DNA of 64,000 nt. Origin: Planctomycetota bacterium (GTDB lineage Bacteria > Planctomycetota > JAJSAM01 > JAJVHW01). The stretch is taken from positions 128,001 through 192,000 of the forward strand of contig CBDFJG010000001.1 in assembly GCA_965248445.1 (NCBI GenBank), read 5' to 3'. The notes under the pieces are model-generated. The model saw only the letters and a program-made list of their open reading frames with translations, did no database searches and was not told the DNA's origin. The position numbers and the translations under genes were made by a program. Shown here piece after piece: positions 38,794 to 49,970 of this stretch (its first letter is position 1; every line of letters starts with the position of its first letter).

Positions 38794-41700
38794 GTGAACG
38801 CCCGAACACCCCGCTGTCCGAGCTGTGGCCGCCGTAACGCCGCCACCGCGAGTGGTTGCGCGCGATGCAACCGCAACCTGGTGTCCGTCTGCGCCTGCGG
38901 TGAGAGCGTCTCGATCCTCGCCGCGAAGTGCGGCTCCTGCGGCGCGGCACGGCGAGCAGCGCGGTTCCCCGTCATGCGGCGCGCTCTCCGGCGGACGGTG
39001 GTCGCCGGCGCCGTACTGCTCGTTCTCGGTTCGATCGCGTTGCTCGCACGTCACCGCGCGCGCCACGGCGACAAGTCCGCCCGAGCGGATCGCCGTGCGG
39101 CTGCCGCCGAGGCATTCGAAGCAGAGAACTACGAGCTCGCACGCGCGGGCGCGCGCACCCTGGTGGAGGAGGACGCGCGCGACGCACGGGCATGGCAGAT
39201 CCTCGCCATGGCGAGCAAGGCTCTTGGTGAACCGAGGGCGAAGTACCTCTCTCAGTCAGAGCGTGCGCTCGAGCTGAAGCCTCGGCTCATCACGGCCCTC
39301 GAGTTCCTCACGCGCGAGCACTTCCGCGTCGGCGAGTACGACGACGCGGCGCGATACGCACTGCGCGCGGCGGAGACTTCACCGGCCACGGCCGGTGCGT
39401 GGGCGCTCGTCGCAGACTGCGAGATGAGCCGCATCGCGCCCGACATGGGCCGCGCGGTGTACGCGCTCGGTCAGGCGCGGCGCCTCGGCGGGCCGGACCT
39501 CGAGATCCGAGCGCGCATCGCGGAGTTGCGTGTGCGCATGCTGGGAGCGACGCCCCCGGAAACGATGCCCTCGGAGATCCAGCTCGAACTCCTGGACGTC
39601 GATGTCGCGCTCGCCGCGGACAGAGAGAGCGTGAACCCGCGCATCGCGCCCACGACGTCGGCCTGGTTGCGCGCGACGATCCTCGTCGCCGCGGGGCAGC
39701 CCGCACTGGCGCTGCGGGAAATCGAGCGATGTGAGGACGCCCTCGCGGCCGACGCGCCGGCAGAGGAACGGGCGCATGTCGCTCTGCTGCGCGCCCGTGC
39801 GCGGGGTCTCGAGCGCAACTACGAGGCGGAATCTCGCGAGCTGTCGCGCGCACTCGCGCTGGCACCCTCCGGCGCCGTGCCGTCCGAGGTGGCGGTGCAT
39901 CTGGGGGCCGGCGGCCGCGGTGAGGAAGCCGTGGACCTTCTTTCGGAGGCGGCCGCGAGCACCCCCACCGCGGCGGTGGTCCGTGCGCTCGCGCGACTGC
40001 ACCTCGGTGTCGCGCGGACGTCCGAAGCGCAGGCCGCGCTGGACCTGCACGACCTCGACGACCCGTCCCTGCTTCTCGTTCGCGCCGACGTGCTCCGTGC
40101 CGAGGGCGACGTGGTCGCCGCCCGCAACGCCTATGCGCTCGCGGCGTCAGGAGCCGTCGACCCGCTGCCCGCGCGTGTGGGCGAAGCGCTGACGGCGCTG
40201 GTCGAGAGCGGCCCCTCCCGCGAGACAGCGCTGATCGAAGCCGAAGCGGCGCTCGCCGGCATGGGGGACGTCGCCATGCCGCGCGTCGAGGTCATGTTCG
40301 CGCTCGGCAGAGTGCGACTCGCCCGCGGTGATTTGGCCGGCGCGAGCACGGCGCTCAACCAGGCCGCCGCGGTGGATCCGTGGAACGCCATACTGCAACT
40401 CGTGCGAGCCGAGACATGGGCGCGCACGACCGAGCGCGGGGCACACGAGGCGGCCACAGACGCCGCTCTCATGGTGCTGGACATGCGACCCTACGACGCA
40501 CGCGTCGCCGCACCGGCAATGCGGGTCCTCCTGACGACGGGCCGTGTGCACGACGCGCTGTTCCGGCAACGACGTTCCTCGATCGCGCGCCCGACACGCC
40601 GGCGGTGCTGCGTGAGCGTGCGATCGCAGCGCTGCGCCTCGGCCGGCCGGCGCTCGCCGCGAGCGATCTGGGGCGGGCGGTCGCACTCGGCGACGACGAC
40701 GCCCTCACGTACGCGTCCCTCGTCGAGGCACTCCACCGCGCGGAGCGGCCCGGAGACGCGGCGCGCGCCGTCTCTGCCGCAGAGTCGAGACACGGGCGGA
40801 AGGGGGCCGCGGCGGCACGCATCGCACACGCCGTGCATACGGCCGACCGCGCTGAGACCGGCATGCCGGAAGATCCGCGTACGGCGCTGGACGCCGCCGT
40901 CTTGGCCGCGGGTGGCCGCCACGACGAGGCGCGCGTGCTTCTGCGCCAGATGCACGAGCGGGACCCGAGTGACGCAGATGCCGCGAGAGTCCTCGTTTTC
41001 TCGCTGCTGGTCGGAGAGACGGACGCGGAAGAGCTCGCAGAAGCACGGCGGGTGACCGAGCGGCTCGTCGCGAGCGGACATGACGGGATCGTCGAGTTGC
41101 TGCGGGGCGCGACCACACTGGCCTCCGGCGACCCCGCGGCGGCCCGTGCGCCGCTACGACTCGCAGCCGTACGCCGGCCCCACGACCCGCGAGCGCAGTA
41201 CTTGCACGGTGTCGCGCTGCACGACCTGGGAGACGTGGACGGTGCCCTCGTGCGATTCCGTCTCGCCCTCGCGCTTCCCGGTGCGGGTTGGACAGTGGGA
41301 CCCGAGATCGCCAAGCGCTTGCGCGCCGCCTCGCAAGACGAGGGCGACAGCGCACGGCGTCAGGAGCTCCTCTCCGCGGCAGTGCAGGCGAACCCCCGCG
41401 ACGCGGACGCCGCCGAGGCGCTGCACACGCTGCTCCGCAGCTCCGGTGAAGACGCCGCCGCCGCGCGTGTCCTCGCGCAGCTGCTGCGACGATCGTCACT
41501 CCCCTCCGAGCGCCGGCGCCGGATGCGGCTTCTCACGTTCGAGGCGCACATGTCAGCGGGCGACTTGCACGGCATGACAGATCACCTTCAGTCGCTCATG
41601 CGGGACGAGGAGCAGGACGCGGTGCTCTCGCTGACGCTGCAGGGCGTACTGCGCATCCAAATCGGAGACCCGCACGGTGCCGAATCGTTGCTGCGGGACG

Positions 41701-42758
41701 CCGTCGCCCGCGAGCCCGAGACGCTCTTGCCCACTCTTGCCCTCGTCGAGGCGCTGATTGCGCAGAGGGACTTCGCTGAGGCGCGAACCGCTGTCGGAGC
41801 GTGGAGTGATCTCCACCCAGGAGACCACCGCCTCAGGGACATGCTCACCCGCGTGCTCGCCCGGCACGGCGCGCTCGATGAGGCGCACGACGAGGTAGCG
41901 GAGCTGATCGGCCGAGCGGGTGCAGACCTCGTCAGGCTGCGCCAGTACGTGTGGATCGAGGTGCTGCGGGGACGTCCCGAGTCTGCGCTCGAGATCGTGG
42001 ACAACGCGGTGGCGGCCGGCACCGGCGAGGCGCAGACGGGCGCGGTCCTTCTGCGCGGCGAGGTGCTGCTGCAGGCGCTCGGCCGCGTGGACGACGCCGC
42101 GTCCGTCGCGCGTGGTGTCTTGAACGCCGAGGGCGCGTCGCCGCTGAACGAGCGGCGCGCACTCATGCTGTCGGTGGAAGCCCGGTTGCACACCGCGGGC
42201 GAGCAGGCGACTTCTGCTGCGGCCGTTCTGCTGCGTCGCCTCAAGCGCGGCGGGACCTCGGCGGGCGAGCGGAGCTTGACGGCCCGAATCGCGTTCGCCG
42301 ACGGCCTGGTTGCGTATCGCCGGGAACGCCTGACCACCGCCCGGGACCGCTTCCGCGCCTGCCTCGAAGCAGATCCATCCCACGCGGGCGCAGCGAACAA
42401 CCTGGCGTGGCTTCTCGCAAAGACGCCCGGACGGCAGAGCGAGGCGGTCCAGCTCGCCGAGCTGGCGACGCGCCTCGCGCCACGCAACGCCGAGCACTGG
42501 CAGACGCTCGGAGCGTGCCTCTCGGCGATGTCGCGTCACCGCGACGCCGTCGCGGCCCTGACCCGCACGCTCGGACTCCTCGAGGACGCACCGGCGGCGC
42601 GCGAGGACGCCGTGGCCGAGACGCTCGTCCTGCGAGCCGAGGCTCATCTGCTCTGGGACCACGGGTCCGCCGCGCGGGCGGACGCCGAGCGCGCCTTGAC
42701 GCTCGCCAAGCGTGCGGATCTGCTCTCGCGCGCCCGCCGGGTCCTCGAAGCCGACTGA
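38794..42758 (+). CDS. Large TPR protein with N-terminal double zinc ribbon and TM anchor; one-base frameshift near 40560
   Basis: CPSC..CARC..CAC..CGSC, TM helix, TPRs. The frame switches at GCG CTG|TTCCGGCAACG (DAL to VPATTFLD). C-terminal AANNLAWLLA...HWQTLG. Confidence 0.8.
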
Positions 42759-43099
42759 TCCGTCCGCCGCCGCTCGTTCTGAGTCTCAATTCGAGAATCG
42801 GCTCAACCCGCGGTCGCTCCCCTCTCGATGCCACCAGTGAGGCATCGGTGGCACCAGGCTCACGCGCAGCGCGCGGGGTGTCGTCGCAGTCTCGGTAGAG
42901 ACCGAACGCGATGCCAGCCCAAGACCACACCCTGCCGTCCCCGGCAGGCGGCCTCCCGTGCCGTCTGCGGCGGATTCTCCGCGATTGCCCGTCAAGTAGT
43001 GGGGGTGGCGCTCCCGATCTTGTGGCGGGGAGGACGGTTCTCGGTCGATGCGCCTGGCGGGCGCGCGAAAGGGAGATCCGTGAGGTACCGAGCTACCTC

Positions 43100-43849
43100 A
43101 TGCGTACCACCCTCCTCGCCGTCCTCACCGTGCTAGCCCTCGTCGCGTTCGCGGCGACACCGGCGCACGCCGCAATCACCGCGAGCGGTTCCGTGATCAG
43201 CGTGCAGGCCGCGCCGACCGGCACGCTCAACGGGAACACCGTCGCGAGCAACACCAGTATCTTCGTCTGGTTCGAGAGGACCACGACCCTCGGCTCGGGG
43301 TTCGGCGCTGATCACGACGGCTCGACGGGCACGTTCACGACTACCGGTAGTCTCACCGCCGGGACCATCGCGGCGGGGACGCGTGTTTCGAGCTACTACG
43401 TACACTTCGACCAGGCGAACACGACCGGCTCGACAGTCTTGTCGAACGCCGCGCAACAGTTCATCACGTTCGACCAACAGATCCTCGGCATCGAGTTGCT
43501 CACCGGCACGTTCAACGGCGGAGCCGGTGACACGGCGTTCTCGCCAGCCGGCCTGACGTACGGAACTCTGCAGGCGCGTGGACTGGAACTGGGCGGCGGC
43601 GGCAACGGCGATCGCTTCGCGATCGCCAGCGGGGGGGGATCCTGGACGCTCACCCTCACGCGCCTGCGTGTCGTGAACGGCGGCGTGGACAGCATTCGCA
43701 TCATCACGGCCGCCCCACTCGCCACGCCCGAGCCCGGCACCTGGGCGCTGTTCGGGCTGGGCGCGCTCGGTCTCGGAGCGTACGTCCTGCGACGCCGTAA
43801 GCGGTGCCTCCCGGCCGAGACGGAAGACGCGGACGCCACCACAACGTAG
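43100..43849 (+). CDS. PEP-CTERM sorting domain protein
   Basis: Signal peptide ending AHA; Thr/Gly-rich body; TPEPGTWALFGLGALGLGAYVLRRRKR. Confidence 0.92.
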   Translation: MRTTLLAVLTVLALVAFAATPAHAAITASGSVISVQAAPTGTLNGNTVASNTSIFVWFERTTTLGSGFGADHDGSTGTFTTTGSLTAGTIAAGTRVSSYYVHFDQANTTGSTVLSNAAQQFITFDQQILGIELLTGTFNGGAGDTAFSPAGLTYGTLQARGLELGGGGNGDRFAIASGGGSWTLTLTRLRVVNGGVDSIRIITAAPLATPEPGTWALFGLGALGLGAYVLRRRKRCLPAETEDADATTT

Positions 43850-43861
43850 AGTCCGGGCCCT

Positions 43862-44665
43862 GTGAAGGTCCTCGCGAACTCCGTCCAGAAGTCAGGCACT
43901 CATCTGTTGCTCCGCCTGCTCGGCGAACTCGGTGTCCCCCGCTTCCTACGGTGGCGCATCGACCCCGAGTGGACGCTCGAGCGGTCGCGCTGGAAGCGCA
44001 TGAGCGTCCAGATGCCGTTCGGAGAGCGGGTGCCTGTCGGCATGGGTGTCGAGATCAGCGCTCGCTGGGTCCGCCGGCTGCTGGGCCGCATGCCGGACGA
44101 GAGTGCGCTCCTGGCGCACTGTGCTCACTCGCCGCAGATGTCGGCGATTCTAAAGAGTGAGCGTGCCCGGATGATCTGCATCGTCCGCGATCCGCGGGAC
44201 GTCGCGGTTTCGCACGCGCACTTCCTGATGAAGATCGGCAAGGACAAGATCACCCGGCGGCCCGAGCATCGCGCGCTCGTCGCGCTGCCCGATCACGCCG
44301 CCCGCATCACGGCACTCTTGCGCGGGCACGGCGCCACCCGGTCCGTGGCGCAGCGCTTCCGGGAGCTACTGCCCTGGCGCAGCGAGCCCGGCTGCCTGTT
44401 CGTCCGCTTCGAGGATCTGATCGGAGCCCGTGGGGGCGGCGACGAGTCTCGTCAGCTGGCCGCGGTCCGCAACGTGGCGGCACACGTCGGCCACGCCGAG
44501 CTGGGCGACGCCGCAGCGCGGCGCATCGCCGGGGGGCTGTTCGGCGGGACGGCGACGTTCCGAAAGGGCCTCATCGGTCAGTGGCGGGAGGAGTTCACGG
44601 ACGAACACGGGGCGCTCGCGCGCGACACACTGGCGGACGTGCTGTCCGCGTTCGGATACGACTGA
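43862..44665 (+). CDS. Sulfotransferase domain protein
   Basis: 5'-PSB QKSGTHLL, VRDPRDVAVS, VRFEDL, FRKGLIGQW. Confidence 0.9.
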   Translation: MKVLANSVQKSGTHLLLRLLGELGVPRFLRWRIDPEWTLERSRWKRMSVQMPFGERVPVGMGVEISARWVRRLLGRMPDESALLAHCAHSPQMSAILKSERARMICIVRDPRDVAVSHAHFLMKIGKDKITRRPEHRALVALPDHAARITALLRGHGATRSVAQRFRELLPWRSEPGCLFVRFEDLIGARGGGDESRQLAAVRNVAAHVGHAELGDAAARRIAGGLFGGTATFRKGLIGQWREEFTDEHGALARDTLADVLSAFGYD

Positions 44666-45280
44666 CTACTCGCTGTCGATGTCGTCGAGCGAAGCCTCGA
44701 TCTCGAAGTAGCTGTCCATCTCCTCGAGGACGGCTGCGACCTTCTCGTCGGGTGTCGAACCCCGCTTCAGCGGTGGGAGCGTGTTCATGATGTCGCCTGC
44801 GGCGTCGACGAAGTGCACGGTCGGGATGCCGCGAATGTTGTGTTCGCGCGCCCACTTCGATTCCTCGTCGCGGTTCGCGAGCACCGGCACGAAGTCCTTG
44901 GTCAGCCGCGCCAGCACGCGCTCGTCGGACATGGCCCCACGGGCCAACTTCTCGCAGGCGCCTCAATTGAGCGCGGAATAGAAGAGCATCGCGGGCTTGC
45001 CCTCGGCCTTCGCCTTCGCGAGTCCGGCATCGATGCCCCACGTGAACGGCACTTTCTCGAAGTACGGGGCGAAGTGCGGGTCCACTCCGTCCGGCAGATT
45101 GCCCTTCATCTCCGTGGGTGTGCGCGTGTCGGGGCCCACCTCGCCGGCGGGTCCGTCAGCCTTCGGCTCCACAACGGGAGCGGGGGCCTTCGCGGTGTCC
45201 GTCTCGGCCGACGGCTTCTCGCCGCATGCCACGGCCAGGAGGCCGCAGAGCGCCGCAGTGGTCAGGATCGTTCGATGCAT
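44666..45280 (-). CDS. Thioredoxin-like lipoprotein, putative selenoprotein (UxxC)
   Basis: ORFs 44963-45280 and 44666-44947 are in one frame, separated by a single TGA: GKPAMLFYSALN-U-GAC-EKL. Lipobox AVAC; cis-Pro motif IRGIPTVHF. Confidence 0.88.
44932..44965 (-). promoter_or_regulatory. Candidate bacterial SECIS element
   Basis: UGA, then 16 nt, then UGGCCC-GUG-GGGCCA; the GU-starting loop begins after 22 nt from the UGA. Confidence 0.6.
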
Positions 45281-45352
45281 CGGTGTGTCTCCACAGTCTG
45301 TCCTGGGGGAGCTCCGGGGCTGTCGTAGGGCCGCCCCATGGGACGGTCCCCG

Positions 45353-47119
45353 TCACAGCGGAATACCGTACTCGTCCCAGCGCCGGTCCACGAGGTCCCG
45401 CGTGGCGTCGTCGACCTCCATGACCTCGGGGTACCACGGCTTCACACGGCAGTCCCAGACGACCGGCGCCTCGAGACCGACGTGGAAGCGAGCCACCCGC
45501 TCGCTCCGACCGTGAATGTCGCCCGCGGGTTCCATCCGCGTGAAGGTGGTCCAGAGGAAGAGCTCGGACGATGCCGTCGCCTCGTCGACGTCGTCGACCA
45601 GCACCACGAGAGGCCAGTCTGCGAACACGTCCTCGCGCGCGATCCGCGCGGCCTGCCCCTCTTCCTCGGCATACGGTCTCCCGCCGACGACCAGGCATCC
45701 GCGGCAGTACGGGCGCGCCGCGACGACGCCGCCGGGCAGTGTCCCGTCGAAACGCCGAGGCAACTCCCGAACCACCTCGCCGAGGCCGAGGAGCATGCCC
45801 TTGCTCCCGTGATTCACACGCGGGCCGGTGTAGTCGAGTGTGTCCTGTGCCGTCTGGCTCACGACGATGAGGTCCCGGCCCCAGTCCACGCGCTCGAGGA
45901 TCGTCTCGAGCACAGTGACGAAGTCGGTGAGATCGATCTCTTGATCCGTCAGGAACACGAACTTCTGCAGTGACAACTGGCCCTCGCCCAGGATCCGGAA
46001 GCCCGAGACGATCGCCTCCCGCGGGTAGCGGTCGCGCACCACGGCCGCGGCCAGGCTGTGAAAGCCGGTCTCGCCGTAGCTCCAGAGTTTGCGCACGCTC
46101 GGCATCACCAGCGGGAAGAGCGGCGAAAGCAGGTCCTGCAGGAAGTCCCCGATGTGGAAGTCCTCCTGCCGCGGCCGCCCCACCACGGTCGCCGGGAACA
46201 CGGCGTCCCTGCGGCGGTGCACGCGATCCACGCGGAACACGGGATAGTCGTGCGCGAGGCTGTTGTAGCCGTAGTGATCGCCGAACGGCCCCTCGGTGCG
46301 GCGCTGTCCCGCGAGGACACGTCCCGCGAAAGCGAACTCGCAGTCGGCAACGAGCGGATGAGGGGCCTTGCCGCGTACACGGCGCAGACGCTCTCCGAGC
46401 AGGAGACTCGCGAGAAGCAGTTCCGGCACGTCCTCCGGTAGCGGCGCGATCGCCGAGAGGATCAGCGCAGGCGGTCCGCCGAGGAACACGGTCGCGTGCA
46501 AGTCCTCGCCGCGTTCCTCCGCCGCCGCGTAGTGGAACCCGCCTCCCTTGTGGATCTGGAAGTGCATGCCTGTCTCGGCCGGGCCGTGCACGTGCATGCG
46601 GTACATACCGAGGTTGTGCTTCCCGGTCTGCGGATGCTCGGTGTACACGAGCGGCAGCGTGAGGAACGGACCGCCGTCGCTGTGCCACGACGTCAGCGCC
46701 GGCAGGCGGTCGAGCCGCGGCTCCTCCTCGATCTCCGTCACCGGCCCGCTGGACACGTCCTTCATGCCGACGCGCAGTCCGCCGAACAGCACGTCCCGGA
46801 AACCCCACAACTTCCCGGCCGTCGGCGGCACGAGTTGCTCCGCCATCTCGACGACGCGTTCGATGAACTTGCGCGGTCTCTCCCCGAACGCGAGGGCGGC
46901 GCGCTCCGAAGTGCCGAACAGGTTGGTCGCGACGGGCGTGTCGGCGCCCCGTGGATTGCGGAACAGCAGAGCCGGACCACCCTCATGGATCACGCGGCGG
47001 TGGATCTCCGCGATCTCGAGACGCGGGTCCACCTCAGCGGTGATCTCGAGCAGCTCTCCGCGGGGCCGCAGGAGGTCGAGATAGGCGTGGAGGTCGCGCA
47101 CGGGCGCCGGCGTGTTCAT
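45353..47119 (-). CDS. ubiD: UbiD-family prFMN-dependent decarboxylase (long form, possibly menaquinone/futalosine pathway)
   Basis: EVDPRLEIAEI, GGPALLF, DGGPFLT, NLGMYRM, EGPFGDHYGY, VVGRPRQED, DTLDYTG. Confidence 0.9.
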   Translation of the reverse strand: MNTPAPVRDLHAYLDLLRPRGELLEITAEVDPRLEIAEIHRRVIHEGGPALLFRNPRGADTPVATNLFGTSERAALAFGERPRKFIERVVEMAEQLVPPTAGKLWGFRDVLFGGLRVGMKDVSSGPVTEIEEEPRLDRLPALTSWHSDGGPFLTLPLVYTEHPQTGKHNLGMYRMHVHGPAETGMHFQIHKGGGFHYAAAEERGEDLHATVFLGGPPALILSAIAPLPEDVPELLLASLLLGERLRRVRGKAPHPLVADCEFAFAGRVLAGQRRTEGPFGDHYGYNSLAHDYPVFRVDRVHRRRDAVFPATVVGRPRQEDFHIGDFLQDLLSPLFPLVMPSVRKLWSYGETGFHSLAAAVVRDRYPREAIVSGFRILGEGQLSLQKFVFLTDQEIDLTDFVTVLETILERVDWGRDLIVVSQTAQDTLDYTGPRVNHGSKGMLLGLGEVVRELPRRFDGTLPGGVVAARPYCRGCLVVGGRPYAEEEGQAARIAREDVFADWPLVVLVDDVDEATASSELFLWTTFTRMEPAGDIHGRSERVARFHVGLEAPVVWDCRVKPWYPEVMEVDDATRDLVDRRWDEYGIPL

Positions 47120-47232
47120 CCATCGAGTCTCGCGCCTTCGGCTCACGGAGGCCAAACGTGCCTGGCGGGAGACTGCTGCCCGGTTTCGGCGTTCGGTTGC
47201 TTCCGGGCCTGAGGTGGGTCGATAATGCCCTC

Positions 47233-48147
47233 GTGGGAGAAGAACGGGTCTGCGCGCTCTGTCAGACGGTCAACGTGGCCGGTACGCAGCTCTGCATCGC
47301 CTGCGGATCGTCGTTCGCAGCCTCGCCGCCGTCGGTGGAGACCGCCGGCGAGGAGGACCTCGACAGCGCGGCCCGCCAGGCAACCGTGATCGAGGGCGCT
47401 GTGCCGGGAGGCGGGGTCGCGAAGCGAGCGGCCGCGGTCGTGGCGACCGCGGCCGAGGCCGCGCGACCGCAGTCACCGCCGGAGACCGAGCACGACCCCG
47501 TCGGTGCGCCAACGACGACCAAGTTCACAGCGCGGCTGCTGCTCCCGGACGGGGACCGGCGCAGTCTCGAACTCACCGACGCGACCCAGCTCCTCGGCTC
47601 CGGTCTCGACGACCTCGGCGTGACGGGCGACCCGCGCATCGGTTCCGGAGAAGCGACGCTCACGGTCGAGGACGGCGATCTGTACCTGACGCCGAAGCCG
47701 GATGCGCGCGGCATCTACCGACGGCTGCGCGGCGAAGAGACGCTATCGCCCGGAGACGTCGTTCTGATGGGTGACATCGCGGCCCGTTACGAGCCGCTCG
47801 AACCCTTGGCTCCCATCGACGACGGGCAGCAAGTGCTCGGCGGCGGCGCGAACTCGCCCGTCGGCCGGCTCGTGTTCCTGCGTCGGGACGGCACCGACGG
47901 ACCGGTGCACGACTTGCCCGCGGGCAAGACGATCATCGGAAGGACCGACGGCCATCTCAACTTCCCACACGACGGACGGCTCTCGCGCCGGCACGCGCGC
48001 TTCTTCGGGTCGGAGCGCGGAGTCACGATCGAGGACCTGGGGAGTCGCAACGGCACGTACTTGCGGCTATGGAGACGAGAGCGCCTGGACATCGGGGACG
48101 CGCTCCGCGTCGGGTCGGCCGGCCTGCAGGTGAAGTCCCGCAGCTGA
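47233..48147 (+). CDS. Zinc-ribbon + tandem FHA domain protein
   Basis: CALC...CIAC; degenerate first FHA; canonical second FHA IIGRT..LSRRHA..DLGSRNGTY. Confidence 0.85.
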   Translation: MGEERVCALCQTVNVAGTQLCIACGSSFAASPPSVETAGEEDLDSAARQATVIEGAVPGGGVAKRAAAVVATAAEAARPQSPPETEHDPVGAPTTTKFTARLLLPDGDRRSLELTDATQLLGSGLDDLGVTGDPRIGSGEATLTVEDGDLYLTPKPDARGIYRRLRGEETLSPGDVVLMGDIAARYEPLEPLAPIDDGQQVLGGGANSPVGRLVFLRRDGTDGPVHDLPAGKTIIGRTDGHLNFPHDGRLSRRHARFFGSERGVTIEDLGSRNGTYLRLWRRERLDIGDALRVGSAGLQVKSRS

Positions 48148-48188
48148 TCCGCCGACTGGCGGCTCGCCGCGGAGGGGGGAGAAAGCGC

Positions 48189-49970
48189 ATGCAAGCGACG
48201 CGGATGACGCGTTCGCGGTGCGTGGCGCTCGCAACGCTCGCACTCGTGCTGGGCTCCCTCGTGCTCCCCGTCACGGATCGCGAGGCGGCGGCCGTTGGAC
48301 CGCCGCTCACGACCGCCGACGTGGAGACACTGGTCTCGCGCTGTGTGACGTTCGCGCGACGCGCATCCAAGCGGCCTCTCTCGATCGCGGTCGTGGACAC
48401 CGAGGGCAACTCGCTCGGCGTGTTCCACATGACCGGGAGCAGCGGCTGCCGCGCCATCGCGCTGTCCAAGGCCGGCACGGGCGCGTACTTCAGCAGCGAC
48501 TTCGGGTCATTCACGACCCGCACGGCGGCGTTCATCATCCAGGACCACTTCCCGCCGGGGCTGCGATTCGCTCCGGGCGGGCCCCTCTATGGGGTGCAGT
48601 TCTCGAGCCTCGCCGCGAGTGACACGAACGCGATCTACTACCCGACGCCGCAGTCGCTGCCGTTGATGGAGGACTGCGACGGACTGCCGGAGATCGCGCA
48701 GGCGCGTGTGCGCGGAGACCTGGGCGGGATCGGCATCTACAAGGACGGCAAGCGAGTCGGTGGGCTCGGCGTCGACGACGGCAGCCGGAACCGCACCGTG
48801 ACGATTCCGCCGATCGCGATCACGGACCCGACGAAGGGGCATCGGATCACGTATCGCAAGCTCGAACGCGGCCGTCCGCTCGAGCGCGTCGTCATGGCCG
48901 CCGGCCGCGGCTTCCTTCCTGACCGCAAGCGACGGGCGACTCGAATCACGGTCGACGGCTTCCGGCTCACCTACAGAAAGCCGGCGAACCTCAAGAAGAA
49001 CGTCACGGCCCCGACGATCGTGCCCGGAGTCGATGGTGTCTGGGACACCGACTACCCGTTGCGCGACGCGGCGGTGCTGCCGTCGCGGTTCGTTCCGCTC
49101 ACCTTGGATCCCCCTGTCGGGTCCAGCGCGGAAGCGCAGCGCTTCCGCGGATCGCGTCCGGCCGCGTTCCCGATCCGCGCCAGCACCGACGGACTGCTCT
49201 CCGAGGCGGACGTGCGCCGCATCCTCTGGCAGGGAGCGCAGCGGGCGAACATCACGCGCGCCGCGATCCGCCGTCCGATCGGTCTCGCGATGCAGTGCTG
49301 GATCTCCGTCGTCGACACGAACGGCGAGGTGCTCGGCGTGTACCGCTCGCCGGACGCGACGCTGTTCTCCTACGACGTCAGCGTGCAGAAGGCGCGCACG
49401 ACCGTGCTCTTCTCGGACGAGAAGGTCGCGTGGAGCTGCCGGGCTCTTGGACAGCACGCCCAGCGCTTCTACCCCGCGGGTCAGCAGCAATCGGGCACCG
49501 GACCGATCTACCAGCTCCAGGACGGCCTGTCCGTAGGGCTCCTCACCGGATCGCTCGCCGTGGGCGGAAGCACGGACGCGCTGCTACGCAACGGCATCAC
49601 GATCTTCCCGGGCGGTGTACCGCTCTACCGCAACGGACAGGTGGTCGGCGGCGTCGGCGTCTCCGGCGACGGCGTGGATCAGGACGACCTCGTGGCGGAT
49701 TTCGCGTCCATCGGCCTGAGAGCGGCGCCGCCGATCCGCTGCGACCGAGCGGGTCCCCAAGCACTGAAGAACTCGCTGCTGCGCGCGCTGACACGGATCG
49801 AGGGCATCGTTCCCGCGGGTCCGCTGGCCGATCCTGTCGCAGAGACGGGCCTCCGGTTCTTGAAGGCGCGCATCCGCAACTCGCGCGGCCGCCTCGGGCG
49901 CATTCGGCTCACCGTCGGACCACCGTACGTGAAGCACCCCAGGCATCCGGGGCCCGTCACGATCCGATGA
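48189..49970 (+). CDS. Secreted heme-binding protein with two GlcG/HbpS-like domains
   Basis: Signal peptide; SIAVVDTEGNSLG..IALSKAGT..GGIGIYKDGKRVGGLGV and ISVVDTNGEVLG..VSVQKART..PGGVPLYRNGQVVGGVGVSG. Confidence 0.85.
   Translation: MQATRMTRSRCVALATLALVLGSLVLPVTDREAAAVGPPLTTADVETLVSRCVTFARRASKRPLSIAVVDTEGNSLGVFHMTGSSGCRAIALSKAGTGAYFSSDFGSFTTRTAAFIIQDHFPPGLRFAPGGPLYGVQFSSLAASDTNAIYYPTPQSLPLMEDCDGLPEIAQARVRGDLGGIGIYKDGKRVGGLGVDDGSRNRTVTIPPIAITDPTKGHRITYRKLERGRPLERVVMAAGRGFLPDRKRRATRITVDGFRLTYRKPANLKKNVTAPTIVPGVDGVWDTDYPLRDAAVLPSRFVPLTLDPPVGSSAEAQRFRGSRPAAFPIRASTDGLLSEADVRRILWQGAQRANITRAAIRRPIGLAMQCWISVVDTNGEVLGVYRSPDATLFSYDVSVQKARTTVLFSDEKVAWSCRALGQHAQRFYPAGQQQSGTGPIYQLQDGLSVGLLTGSLAVGGSTDALLRNGITIFPGGVPLYRNGQVVGGVGVSGDGVDQDDLVADFASIGLRAAPPIRCDRAGPQALKNSLLRALTRIEGIVPAGPLADPVAETGLRFLKARIRNSRGRLGRIRLTVGPPYVKHPRHPGPVTIR

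Noticed and set aside
40540..40580. Programmed frameshift in the TPR gene
   Set aside because: No slippery heptamer or homopolymer; a one-base deletion (assembly error or mutation) is simpler.
42759..43099. Sigma54 promoter upstream of the PEP-CTERM gene
   Set aside because: TGGCAC/TGGCGC hexamers are present but lack a correctly spaced TTGC.
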